Shown here: piece after piece, positions 16,109 through 24,144 of the stretch | How positions within the stretch are numbered: position 1 is the stretch's first letter | Layout of the letters: the number at the start of each line of letters is the position of its first letter | The notes under the pieces: model-generated | The model's database searches: none | The model's input: only the letters and a program-made list of their open reading frames with translations | Told to the model about the DNA's origin: nothing | Translations under genes and position numbers: made by a program | Assembly: GCA_044341475.1 (NCBI GenBank) | Contig: JBIIRP010000001.1 | Coordinates: 1-39,950, forward strand | Origin: Flavobacteriales bacterium | GTDB lineage: Bacteria > Bacteroidota > Bacteroidia > Flavobacteriales_D > Sanyastnellaceae | Reading direction: 5' to 3' | DNA length: 39,950 bases

Positions 16109-18026
16109 CCGTGATTTCCGTCCGGCGGTTCAATGCGCGCCCTTCTTCGGTGTCGTTCGAGGCGACCGGTTCTGCCGCGCCACGGCCGGCGGTGACCAAG
16201 CGAGCAGCATCGATTCCTCGGGCAACGAGGTAGTCCTTCACGGCGGCTGCACGGCGCTCGCTCAGCTCGAGATTCAAGGCCGCAGCGCCTGTGGCGTCCG
16301 TGTGGCCGGTGATGCGGATGCGCTCGGTCCCCGGAGCGAGCAACTCGACGAGTTGGTCTAACTCGGTCTGGTGGGTGGCTTGCAATTCCGCAGAATTCGT
16401 GGCGAAACGAACATCGCGCAAGGTGAGCGTCGTGCCGATCTTCCAGCGCTGCAGCGCGATTTCGATGGAAGACTCGCGGAAGGTGGTGTCGGCCACCGTT
16501 TGGGAGAAAAATGCATACCCCGGCAGGTCCACCACGAACTGCAAACTGCCCACTTCCGGGAGCGGCAACGTGAAGCTGCCGTCCGCGCGGTCGCTCGCCA
16601 CGCGTGCATGCATGCTTCCATCTGCCTGCAAAAGAACCACTTCTGCCGCGAGCGGCTTCCGGGTTGTTGCATCAATCACCCGCCCCATCAACGGACGTTG
16701 TGGCACCGCAGCCACGGCCTCAGGCAACTCGAACGTCCACAGGTCCAAATTCCCGGGCGTATCCCGGTCGGAGGCAAACAACGCAAGCCGACCGTCCGGC
16801 GCCACCAGCAGGCTGTTTTCGTCCGCGGCGGTGTTGATGGGATAGCCGAGGTTCACGGGAGCCCCCCACCTTCCGTCCGGCTGCATCCGGCTGACAAAGA
16901 GGTCCATTCCCCCCAGTCCCGGGTGGCCATCGGAGGCGAAATACAGCGACTTCCCGTCGGGGTGCAGCACGGGGTTTTCTTCTCTGCCGCTCGTGTTGAT
17001 GGGTCCGGCAAGTGGACGGCCTGGGCCCCAACGCCCACTGGATTCGCGGTCAGCCACGAAAATATCCTGCCACCGCCGGCCATCGGATCCGCGTGCGCTC
17101 CGCACATAAAGGAGCGTTTTGCCGTCGGCACTCAGCGAGGGTTGGCTTTCCCATGCGTTCGAGTTCGGTTGACCGACATGGGTTGCAGGGCCAAACCGCC
17201 CGGCCTCTTCCACCCAGCGGGTCTCGAAGATGTCGCACGACCCCAGGCCTTCACGCGGTCCATAGTCCCCGCCGACTTCCTCGCACGCCGTGAAAACCAG
17301 CACGCGCCCGTCGCCACGAAGTGCCGGGGCCCCTTCATTTCCCGAGGTGTTCACGCCCACCACCGGGCCCGTGACCTTCCAGGTTCCCTCCTGCCGCTCT
17401 GCCCAGAAAAAGTCCTCTTGGCTTCGACGTTCTGTCCGGATCTCCCGGGTGAAGAGCATGCGGTTGCCATCAAGGGTCAAGGCCGGATAGTACTCCGCCA
17501 TCGCAGTGTTGACATCGCCCAAAAGGAGGACAGCTTCCGTAGGTACCGGCTCCCGCACCGCCCCATCCGCGAACCGAACCGATGCCACCAGCAGATCCCA
17601 CGCCTCTTGCTCCTCCGCCGTTGCCGGTCGCCACGAACCGAGACGTTCGAGCACCTGCAGGGCTTCTGTGTAATCGCCCGACCGGTAGGCGAGGCGCACG
17701 AGCAGTGCCAGAAGCCGGGCATCGACTAACTCAGGACGGGCGGCGCACGCCGCCTTTACGTCCGCGCAGGCCTCCGCCCACCGTCCGCCGTCTTCGCGCA
17801 CTTGGGCACGGACCATCCATGCATCGAAGAAGGACGCATCGCGCGCGATCGCAGCACTGCAGGCCGCTTCCGCCGCCGCCAACTCGCCGAGGGAGTAGTG
17901 GGCAATCGCTTCGTCCCAGAGTTTGGTGGCCCGCCGGTCGTCCGAAGCGCCGAGCGAAGGCCGACCGGGTTGGGCCGCGAGCACCACGGGAAGGCCGATG
18001 GCCAGCAGCGAGCAGAGAATACGCAT
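16098..18026 (-). CDS. OmpA-family protein: signal peptide + TPR + TolB-like (PD40) beta-propeller repeats + CarboxypepD_reg-like + OmpA_C
   Basis: Signal peptide MRILCSLLAIGLPVVLAAQ is followed by TPR-like helices. Repeated PD40-type segments (PALTLDGNRMLFT, PSLSADGKTLLYV, PVLHPDGKSLYFAS, LLVAPDGRLALFASDR) follow. The C-terminus FATNSAEL..ITGHTDATGAAALNLELSERRAAAVKDYLVARGI..GRGAAEPVASNDTEEGRALNRRTEI is a canonical OmpA_C domain. Confidence 0.85.
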   Translation of the reverse strand: MRILCSLLAIGLPVVLAAQPGRPSLGASDDRRATKLWDEAIAHYSLGELAAAEAACSAAIARDASFFDAWMVRAQVREDGGRWAEACADVKAACAARPELVDARLLALLVRLAYRSGDYTEALQVLERLGSWRPATAEEQEAWDLLVASVRFADGAVREPVPTEAVLLLGDVNTAMAEYYPALTLDGNRMLFTREIRTERRSQEDFFWAERQEGTWKVTGPVVGVNTSGNEGAPALRGDGRVLVFTACEEVGGDYGPREGLGSCDIFETRWVEEAGRFGPATHVGQPNSNAWESQPSLSADGKTLLYVRSARGSDGRRWQDIFVADRESSGRWGPGRPLAGPINTSGREENPVLHPDGKSLYFASDGHPGLGGMDLFVSRMQPDGRWGAPVNLGYPINTAADENSLLVAPDGRLALFASDRDTPGNLDLWTFELPEAVAAVPQRPLMGRVIDATTRKPLAAEVVLLQADGSMHARVASDRADGSFTLPLPEVGSLQFVVDLPGYAFFSQTVADTTFRESSIEIALQRWKIGTTLTLRDVRFATNSAELQATHQTELDQLVELLAPGTERIRITGHTDATGAAALNLELSERRAAAVKDYLVARGIDAARLVTAGRGAAEPVASNDTEEGRALNRRTEITVIE

Positions 18027-18067
18027 GGCGTGTGTTTGGGCCCGAAAATCGGGCCAAATTCGCCACC

Positions 18068-18571
18068 ATGCGCATCGGCATCCTTTCCGACACCCACAGC
18101 TACCTCGACGACCGCATCCTCCACCACCTCGAGGGCTGCGCAGAAATCTGGCACGCCGGCGACATCGGCAGCTTCGAGGTGCTCGACGGGCTTGCCGCGG
18201 TGGCTCCTGTCCGGGCCGTCTATGGAAACATCGACGACCACCGGATGCGGAGTACTTGCCCGGAACGGCTCGTTTGGGACTGCGCCGGATTGCGGTGTGC
18301 GATGGTCCACATCGGCGGACATCCGGGCCGCTACGCCGCGGGCATAGGCGCCTGGCTCGAGGCCGAACGCCCGGACATCTTCCTGTGCGGCCACAGCCAC
18401 ATCCTGCGGGTGGAGCGCGATGCCCGATGGGGCGGACTGTTCATCAATCCGGGGGCGGCAGGCACGCACGGGTTCCACCGGATGCGCACGCTGTTGCGTA
18501 TGGAGGTCGTGGAGGGAGAAATCCGCGGAATGGAGGCGGTGGAGTTGGGTTTGCGCGGGAAAATCAGCTAA
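18068..18571 (+). CDS. Metallophosphoesterase, YfcE/MJ0936 family
   Basis: MRIGILSDTHS..IWHAGDIG..VYGNIDD..MVHIGGHP..FLCGHSHI..NPGAAG carries the phosphoesterase metal-ligand motifs. The upstream part of ORF 17582-18571 is antisense to the OmpA gene and is rejected. Confidence 0.85.
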   Translation: MRIGILSDTHSYLDDRILHHLEGCAEIWHAGDIGSFEVLDGLAAVAPVRAVYGNIDDHRMRSTCPERLVWDCAGLRCAMVHIGGHPGRYAAGIGAWLEAERPDIFLCGHSHILRVERDARWGGLFINPGAAGTHGFHRMRTLLRMEVVEGEIRGMEAVELGLRGKIS

Positions 18572-18594
18572 GTTTGTCACGACGTTGAAGGGCG

Positions 18595-18615
18595 GGATGT
18601 CCTGAGGGGACATCC
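18595..18615 (+). other. Perfect 8-bp hairpin in the metallophosphoesterase-rho intergenic region
   Basis: GGATGTCC-TGAGG-GGACATCC has no U-tract (AAACATTCC follows). It lies 24 nt after the upstream TAA and 36 nt before the rho ATG. Confidence 0.35.
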
Positions 18616-18650
18616 AAACATTCCACACCACTGACATTCTCGTATTTTTG

Positions 18651-20495
18651 ATGTACGACATCATAGACCTCAACAGCAAGAAGGTCAACGACTTGCGCGA
18701 AATTGCCAAAGGCATGGGGGTAGACGGAGGGGACAAGCTGAAAAAGCAGGACCTCATCTACACCATCCTCGACACCCAAGCGGTGTCGGCCAAATCCACT
18801 CCCCCTGCCGCCAAGGCACCTGCGGAACCCGCAGGTCGCTCCCGGCGCGGTCGCGGTGGCAACCCAGGACCGCCGGCGAACGGCGGTGCCGAACCTGCCG
18901 CTCCGGTCCTCGAAGTGGCCCCTCTCACCGACGCAGCTCCTGCTGGAACGGTTGCAGCAGAGCCAGGCGAACCCCGCCGGCCCGGAGACCACATCCGCAA
19001 CCGCCGCGAGCGCCAGCGACTGCAGCGCGATCAACGTCCTGAAGGCCCATCTGAAACCGGGGCTCCCGCGCAAGCAGAGGCGCCTGTGCCTCCTGCCCCG
19101 CGGGACCGCAACGACCGGCCGGACCGGAACGATCGGCCGGACCGCAACGATCGGCCGGACCGGAACGACAGAAACGACCGCAACGACGTACGCGGAGACC
19201 GCAACGACATGCGCCGCGACCGGAACGATCGGAACGACCGGAATGACCGCCGCGACCGGAACGACCGCCGCGACGGACGCGAGAACCGCGACGGACGCGA
19301 CGGACGGAATCCGGCGATGCAAAACGGCGGTGGCCGACCGCACGAGCGGCCCGCTGATCCGGAAGAACACGGATACAACTTCGACGGCATCATCGCCTCG
19401 GAGGGGGTGTTAGAAATCCAGCCGGAAGGCTTCGGCTTCCTCCGTTCAGCGGATTTCAACTACCTCAATTCTCCGGACGATGTGTATGTGACTGCTCGCC
19501 AAATCAAGCAATTTGGCCTGCAGACAGGCGACACCGTAATTGCAAAAATTCGCCCTCCGCGGATCAACGACAAATACTACCTGCTCGCCGATGTGGAGAG
19601 CATCAACGGTCGCGATCCCTCCTGGGTGCGCGACCGCATTCCGTTCCAGTTCCTTACGCCCCTGTTCCCACAGGAGCGGTTCAAACTCAGCACGCGGGGA
19701 AGCACCATTTCCACACGCCTCATGGACCTCTTCGCTCCCGTGGGCAAGGGCCAGCGTGGCATGATTGTGTCGCAGCCGAAGACGGGAAAAACCACCCTGC
19801 TGAAAGACGTTGCGAACGCCATTTCGCTGAACCACGCCGAGACCTACCTCATCGTCCTGCTCATCGATGAGCGGCCAGAAGAAGTCACAGATATGAAGCG
19901 CAGCGTCAACGCCGAGGTCATCGCCTCGACCTTCGACGAGCCTGCCGACCGCCACGTGCGCATCGCGAACCTGGTGCTCGAAAAAGCGAAGCGCATGGTC
20001 GAATGCGGCCACGACGTGTGCATCCTTCTCGACTCTATCACCCGCCTGGCACGCGCCTACAACACCGTGAGCCCGAGTTCCGGGAAGATCCTGAGCGGCG
20101 GCGTCGAGGCAAATGCCCTGCAGAAGCCCAAACGGTTCTTCGGTGCGGCCCGGAACATCGAAAACGGTGGCTCCCTCTCCATCATCGCGACGGCCTTGAC
20201 CGACACCGGTTCTAAGATGGACGAGGTGATTTTTGAGGAATTCAAGGGAACCGGCAACATGGAATTGCAGCTCGACCGCCGCATTTCGAACCGCCGGATC
20301 TACCCGGCCATTGACATCTTGTCTTCGGGCACCCGGAAAGAAGATTTGCTCCTGGACAAGGATACCTTGCAGCGCATTTGGATCCTTCGCAAACACCTTG
20401 CGGACATGAACCCCGTGGAGGCGATGGAGTTTATCCGGGATCGGATCGAAAAGACCCGGACGAACGAGGAGTTCCTCGCTTCGATGAATGGCTGA
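18651..20495 (+). CDS. rho: Transcription termination factor Rho with ~195-aa low-complexity insertion after the N-terminal helix bundle
   Basis: The ATG at 18651 is the start (18648 is TTG). The N-terminus [30 protein letters not shown] aligns with the Rho helix bundle. The RNA-binding subdomain is [33 protein letters not shown]. The ATPase core carries [19 protein letters not shown] (Walker A), [10 protein letters not shown] and [14 protein letters not shown]. Confidence 0.95.
   Translation: MYDIIDLNSKKVNDLREIAKGMGVDGGDKLKKQDLIYTILDTQAVSAKSTPPAAKAPAEPAGRSRRGRGGNPGPPANGGAEPAAPVLEVAPLTDAAPAGTVAAEPGEPRRPGDHIRNRRERQRLQRDQRPEGPSETGAPAQAEAPVPPAPRDRNDRPDRNDRPDRNDRPDRNDRNDRNDVRGDRNDMRRDRNDRNDRNDRRDRNDRRDGRENRDGRDGRNPAMQNGGGRPHERPADPEEHGYNFDGIIASEGVLEIQPEGFGFLRSADFNYLNSPDDVYVTARQIKQFGLQTGDTVIAKIRPPRINDKYYLLADVESINGRDPSWVRDRIPFQFLTPLFPQERFKLSTRGSTISTRLMDLFAPVGKGQRGMIVSQPKTGKTTLLKDVANAISLNHAETYLIVLLIDERPEEVTDMKRSVNAEVIASTFDEPADRHVRIANLVLEKAKRMVECGHDVCILLDSITRLARAYNTVSPSSGKILSGGVEANALQKPKRFFGAARNIENGGSLSIIATALTDTGSKMDEVIFEEFKGTGNMELQLDRRISNRRIYPAIDILSSGTRKEDLLLDKDTLQRIWILRKHLADMNPVEAMEFIRDRIEKTRTNEEFLASMNG
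19104..19310 (+). repeat. In-frame 18-bp tandem repeat array (about 11 units) encoding DRNDR(P/N/R) hexapeptides inside rho
   Basis: gaccgcaacgaccggccg / gaccggaacgatcggccg / gaccgcaacgatcggccg are three near-identical units at 19104-19157. Progressively diverged units follow (gaccggaacgac.., gaccgcaacgac.., gacggacgcgac..). Confidence 0.8.
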
Positions 20496-21040
20496 TGCGT
20501 GCGTGGGCTGCGGCTGCTGGTGCGGCAGGAGTTTGGCTTATCGGACGTGAACTCGGCATCGGAGCGGTGCCGCTCGCACAGGGTGCACTGGTTGGAGGTG
20601 TCTTGCATCTGACGTGCCTGACGGTGCTCGCGGTGTACGGGGCCCAGGCCTCCGGAGCGCACCTGAGGAAGGTCGGAATCTTGGAGTCGTTCAAACACGC
20701 CGTGCAGCCTGGACTCGTTTATGCGGTGCTCGGGACCGCGGCGTCTGCGGTGTGGACCTACGGTGTGCGAAGTGACCTCCATGACCGCATCCAGGCCGAA
20801 CGCGCCGCGGCAGTTGCCGCTCCGTTTGCCACCGATGCCACCTACGCGCACTGGAGAGCAGAAACCGGGGCGCCCGAGGGGGTTCCCCGTGAGCTGGCGC
20901 GAGATCAGCAGCTCGAAGCCGTGAAAGCCCTCGACCATCCGGGGGTATTCATCGGGATGAATGTGCTGGGACTGGCATGGGGGGCAGCGTTGCTCGCGGC
21001 TGTGATGACTGCGGTGTGGCGCTTTGTGCTCGGGGGGTGA
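20495..21040 (+). CDS. Hypothetical multi-pass membrane protein
   Basis: ATG 20495 shares one nt with the rho TGA (gcTGATGcg). There are three to four hydrophobic segments (AAAGAAGVWLIG, GALVGGVLHLTCLTVLAVYG, PGLVYAVLGTAASAVW, FIGMNVLGLAWGAALLAAVMTAVW). I assign no family with confidence. Confidence 0.5.
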   Translation: MRAWAAAAGAAGVWLIGRELGIGAVPLAQGALVGGVLHLTCLTVLAVYGAQASGAHLRKVGILESFKHAVQPGLVYAVLGTAASAVWTYGVRSDLHDRIQAERAAAVAAPFATDATYAHWRAETGAPEGVPRELARDQQLEAVKALDHPGVFIGMNVLGLAWGAALLAAVMTAVWRFVLGG

Positions 21041-21068
21041 GGTACTGTGGAAGGGGCGGCCTGCGTTG

Positions 21069-21076
21069 TAGATTTG
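21069..21076 (+). promoter_or_regulatory. TAGATTTG box (perfect TAnnTTTG), 16 nt before ATG 21093
   Basis: It lies in the 52-nt gap upstream of the outer-membrane barrel / CapD / unknown / yigZ unit. Confidence 0.3.
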
Positions 21077-21092
21077 GGACGATTCCCGGCAC

Positions 21093-21815
21093 ATGAGAGA
21101 TTCGCTTCGTTGTTGTGTAGTGTGCGCCGTTGCGCTGGTGCTGACGTTCAGTGCTCAGGCGCAGGGGCTCGCCGGGAAACGCAACCTTCCTGCGTTCGAC
21201 ACGAAGCCGTACCACTTCGGATTTTTGCTGTCGGGGAATCGGGCCGATTTCCGCTTTGATCGCGCCGCTGAACCGGTGTGGACGGACAGCTTGCTGGGCA
21301 TCTCGAATGTCCCGCAGGCAGGGTTCAATTTGGCCCTGCTCGCTTCGTGGAATATCAACCGGTTCTTGAGTGTTCGGTTCGTACCCGGACTTTCTTTCCA
21401 AGATCGCGGCCTCTCCTACCGCTTTCAGGCAGAAGACGGCGAGGAAACTACCCTCAAGCGGACCGAATCGGTGTACCTGGACTTCCCCTTGCTCCTGAAG
21501 TTTCGCACCGCCCGCGTGGGCAATTTCGCGGCCTACGGACTCATCGGCCGCACCTGGAGCCGGGATATGCAGTCGCAATCGGATGTCAACCAGCAGCTTC
21601 AAGACGACTTCATCCTGCGGCTGGAACGCGGCAACCGCTCCCTCGATGTGGGCGCAGGGACCGACTTTTTCCTTCCCTTCTTCAAGCTGAGTGTAGAAGG
21701 TAAATTCCAGCTCGGAACGCGGAACGTACTGATCCAAGACCAGAGCACCTATTCCGCTCCGCTAGATCGGTTGCGGACGCGCACGTTCATTCTGTCGTTC
21801 TGCTTCGAAGGGTGA
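21093..21815 (+). CDS. Outer-membrane beta-barrel protein (PorT-family-like)
   Basis: Signal peptide MRDSLRCCVVCAVALVLTFSAQAQ. The 240-aa size and alternating hydrophobic beta-strand pattern (YHFGFLLSGN, GFNLALLASW, VYLDFPLLLKF, LDVGAGTDFFL) fit a barrel. The C-terminus is aromatic (..FILSFCFEG). PorT-type is a family-level guess. Confidence 0.6.
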   Translation: MRDSLRCCVVCAVALVLTFSAQAQGLAGKRNLPAFDTKPYHFGFLLSGNRADFRFDRAAEPVWTDSLLGISNVPQAGFNLALLASWNINRFLSVRFVPGLSFQDRGLSYRFQAEDGEETTLKRTESVYLDFPLLLKFRTARVGNFAAYGLIGRTWSRDMQSQSDVNQQLQDDFILRLERGNRSLDVGAGTDFFLPFFKLSVEGKFQLGTRNVLIQDQSTYSAPLDRLRTRTFILSFCFEG

Positions 21816-23746
21816 TGCCACAGGCGGGACTGCGGCTTGTGCCCCGATCGCGCTGGCTGCGGCGCACACTGCGGCGCAAGCGGTTCGAATGGCAACTGCA
21901 AGCGGCGAGGCGGTTCATGCCCCGGTGGGCCATTTTCGTTTTCGATGCAGGACTTGCCCTCGGCGCCCTCGGAATGGCGGCCTTGCTGCGGTTCGAGTTC
22001 GCCATTCCCCCGAGCGAGTGGCGGGTTCTGGTGGCCTTTTTGCCGCTGTTTCTCGCTGTCCGGCTGGCAGCAATGGGCCTGTTTCGGACCTCCGCTGGGG
22101 TCATCCGACACGCCGGTGCCTACGACGCGCGGCGGTTGCTCGCGGCGACCGGTGTCGGAACGGCAATTTTCGCGGCGGGCAATCTGGCGCGCGCTGGCTG
22201 GGGCGACGGCGCCTACTTCGTTCCGTTTTCCATCGCCGTCATCGAGGGGTTGTTGACGGCGAGCGGGTTGCTGGCGAGCCGCTTTGTGGTCAAGTGGCTG
22301 TACCAGGCGTCGCGGCGGTCGCCAGATGAGGTGGTCCGCGTGGTCATTTTCGGAGCGGGAGATGCGGGATTGATTGCCAAACGCGCCCTCGAACGTGAAC
22401 CTGGAGCCGCTGGTCTTCAAGTGGCTGCCTTCCTTGACGACGACCGCCGGAAGGCCGGCAAGGTGCTCGACGGCGTGCAGATTGTCGATGCGACGGAGGC
22501 GGGCGATCTCTTCGCGGAAGGCGGGGTGGACCGGCTGATTTTGGCGGTGCAGCGGCTTGATCCGGAGCGCCGGCGGCAACTCGTGGATCTGGCCCTGGCC
22601 CACGGCGTGCGTCCGCTGGATGTTCCCCCGGTAGACCGGTGGGTGGGCGGCGAGCTGACCGCTCGCCAAATCCGCGAACTCCGCATCGAAGACCTGCTCG
22701 GTCGCCCTCCCATCCAGCTCGACGCCGCCCACGCCGGTTCGGTGCTGGAAGGCCGCCGCATCCTCGTCACCGGCGCTGCCGGCTCCATCGGCTCCGAGCT
22801 CGTGCGCCAAATCTGTGCCCACCGGCCCGCAGCGGTATGCGGACTGGACCAGGCCGAAACGCCGCTCCACGACCTGATGCTCGAGTTCAGCGGCCAGGCG
22901 GGCCCGGGACTCGACCTGCGCATCGCGGACGTGCGGCGCCCCGAAGACCTCACCGCCCTCTGTGCCGCCTTCCGGCCCGATGTCGTGTTCCATGCCGCCG
23001 CGTACAAGCACGTGCCGCTCATGGAAGCGCAACCCGCGGAGGCCCTGCGCACGAACGCCTGGGGGACACTCAACGTCCTGCGGGCAGCGCAAGCTTCCGG
23101 GTGTGCCACCTTCGTGCTCGTCTCCACCGACAAGGCCGTCAATCCGACGAACGTCATGGGCGCGACGAAACGTTTGGCCGAACGATGCGTCCACCTGCAG
23201 GCGGCCCGCGGAACGACCCGGTGCGTGACGACGCGGTTTGGCAATGTGCTCGGAAGCAACGGCAGTGTTATTCCGCGCTTTCGCGCCCAAATCGAAGCCG
23301 GTGGACCCGTCACGGTGACCCACGCCGACGTCACCCGCTTCTTCATGACCATCCCAGAGGCGGTGGCCCTCGTGCTCGAGGCGGCAGCACTGGGCCGAGG
23401 CGACGACCTGTTCGTCTTCGACATGGGCGAATCCGTGCGCATCGTCGACCTCGCCCGGAAGATGATTCAGCTCGCGGGACGCGAAGTGGACCGCGACATC
23501 GAGCTCGAAATCACCGGCTTACGCCCCGGAGAAAAACTCCACGAAGAACTGCTTGCCGCCTCAGAAGGCCTCCTGCCGACCCACCATCCGAAAATCTTAC
23601 GCGCTGCCCACACCGCATCGACCGAGGACGAAACCCACCTGCTTGACGCCCTCGATGCCTGGGCTGCGGGGGGGACTGGGGACGCAGATGCCCGAGATGT
23701 GCTTCATCGGTGGGTACCGGAATACACCCCTACCTTCGCACCATGA
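21815..23746 (+). CDS. Membrane-anchored polysaccharide-biosynthesis protein, CapD/WbpM/PglF-type NDP-sugar 4,6-dehydratase
   Basis: N-terminal transmembrane segments are followed by VVIFGAGDAG, and then by a short-chain dehydrogenase domain (RILVTGAAGSIGSEL, HAAAYKHVPLME, VLVSTDKAVNPTNVMGATKRLAE, RFGNVLGSNGSVIP). ATG 21815 shares one nt with the upstream TGA; GTG 21812 is an alternative start. Confidence 0.88.
   Translation: MPQAGLRLVPRSRWLRRTLRRKRFEWQLQAARRFMPRWAIFVFDAGLALGALGMAALLRFEFAIPPSEWRVLVAFLPLFLAVRLAAMGLFRTSAGVIRHAGAYDARRLLAATGVGTAIFAAGNLARAGWGDGAYFVPFSIAVIEGLLTASGLLASRFVVKWLYQASRRSPDEVVRVVIFGAGDAGLIAKRALEREPGAAGLQVAAFLDDDRRKAGKVLDGVQIVDATEAGDLFAEGGVDRLILAVQRLDPERRRQLVDLALAHGVRPLDVPPVDRWVGGELTARQIRELRIEDLLGRPPIQLDAAHAGSVLEGRRILVTGAAGSIGSELVRQICAHRPAAVCGLDQAETPLHDLMLEFSGQAGPGLDLRIADVRRPEDLTALCAAFRPDVVFHAAAYKHVPLMEAQPAEALRTNAWGTLNVLRAAQASGCATFVLVSTDKAVNPTNVMGATKRLAERCVHLQAARGTTRCVTTRFGNVLGSNGSVIPRFRAQIEAGGPVTVTHADVTRFFMTIPEAVALVLEAAALGRGDDLFVFDMGESVRIVDLARKMIQLAGREVDRDIELEITGLRPGEKLHEELLAASEGLLPTHHPKILRAAHTASTEDETHLLDALDAWAAGGTGDADARDVLHRWVPEYTPTFAP
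23731..23738 (+). promoter_or_regulatory. TACCTTCG box, 4 nt before ATG 23743 (hypothetical protein), inside the 3' end of the CapD-like gene
   Basis: Exact copy with the same N4 geometry as at 9779. Confidence 0.4.
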
Positions 23747-24138
23747 CGAGCGATCCCCGGACAGAACAGGTACGGCTGGAAGATGCGGTGCGCGCTTACT
23801 TCCTGCCGCATGCACCTCGCTTTGATTACGTCGAACAGAACGGGCGGGTGAGTTTGGCTTTGGTCACTGAAAACCCGCGCCACAACCAGCGGTTTCTGTT
23901 TCACCAAACCGAAGGCGCCACCGCCGTTCAGGCTCTCGAAGCGCTCCTGGCATACATCCGGGAGCACCGGGCGCTCGAGCCCTCGTACACCATCCAGTGG
24001 CGTGCCTTCGACGACCCCGAACTGCATACCTCGTATTTCTCTGCCCCCACGATCTTGTCCGCCCTCGACAAGTTCTTTTACGGGCGCGATGTGCACAGCA
24101 TCACAGTGTTTTCTGTTAACCTGAATCCCCTATCCTAA
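23743..24138 (+). CDS. Hypothetical protein (131 aa), no family recognised
   Basis: ATG 23743 overlaps the CapD-like stop (ATGA) and sits 4 nt after a TACCTTCG box. The ORF is uninterrupted with normal composition and ends 6 nt before yigZ. Confidence 0.55.
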   Translation: MTSDPRTEQVRLEDAVRAYFLPHAPRFDYVEQNGRVSLALVTENPRHNQRFLFHQTEGATAVQALEALLAYIREHRALEPSYTIQWRAFDDPELHTSYFSAPTILSALDKFFYGRDVHSITVFSVNLNPLS

Positions 24139-24144
24139 CCCGCT

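Noticed and set aside
16371-17729. 452-aa plus-strand ORF, antisense to the OmpA-family gene
   Set aside because: The sequence is low-complexity and Arg/Pro/His-rich, whereas the minus strand encodes clear PD40 and OmpA_C motifs.
18035-18058. Imperfect hairpin TTTGGGCCCGA-AAA-TCGGGCCAAA in the OmpA / metallophosphoesterase divergent region
   Set aside because: It has a bulged stem with only a 3-nt loop, in a 41-nt promoter region with no gene end nearby, so the evidence for function is too weak. It is recorded only in case the palindromic GGCCCGAAAATCGGGCC proves to be an operator.
17582-18067. N-terminal 162-codon extension of the metallophosphoesterase ORF
   Set aside because: The extension is Pro/Arg-rich and lies antisense to the OmpA-family gene. 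The conserved family N-terminus, MRIGILSDTH, begins at ATG 18068.
18643-18650. TATTTTTG (perfect TAnnTTTG) as the rho promoter -7 box
   Set aside because: It abuts the rho ATG with zero spacing. A transcript starting downstream of it would lose the conserved Rho N-terminus. It is more likely just the AT-rich pre-start region typical of Bacteroidota translation initiation sites.
19104-19310. Regularly spaced short repeats that could be mistaken for a CRISPR or minisatellite locus
   Set aside because: The units are contiguous 18-bp in-frame codon repeats with no spacers. They lie inside the rho reading frame and encode DRNDR-x hexapeptides.
21879-21892. GGTTCGAATGG, resembling a tRNA T-arm/loop
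   Set aside because: It lies inside the CapD-like coding region. No acceptor-stem complementarity, D-arm or anticodon arm could be built around it.
21749-23323. 524-aa minus-strand ORF, antisense to the CapD/WbpM-like gene
   Set aside because: This is the same GC-composition artefact. The translation is low-complexity and Arg/Gly/Pro-rich with no motifs, while the plus strand encodes a canonical SDR dehydratase.
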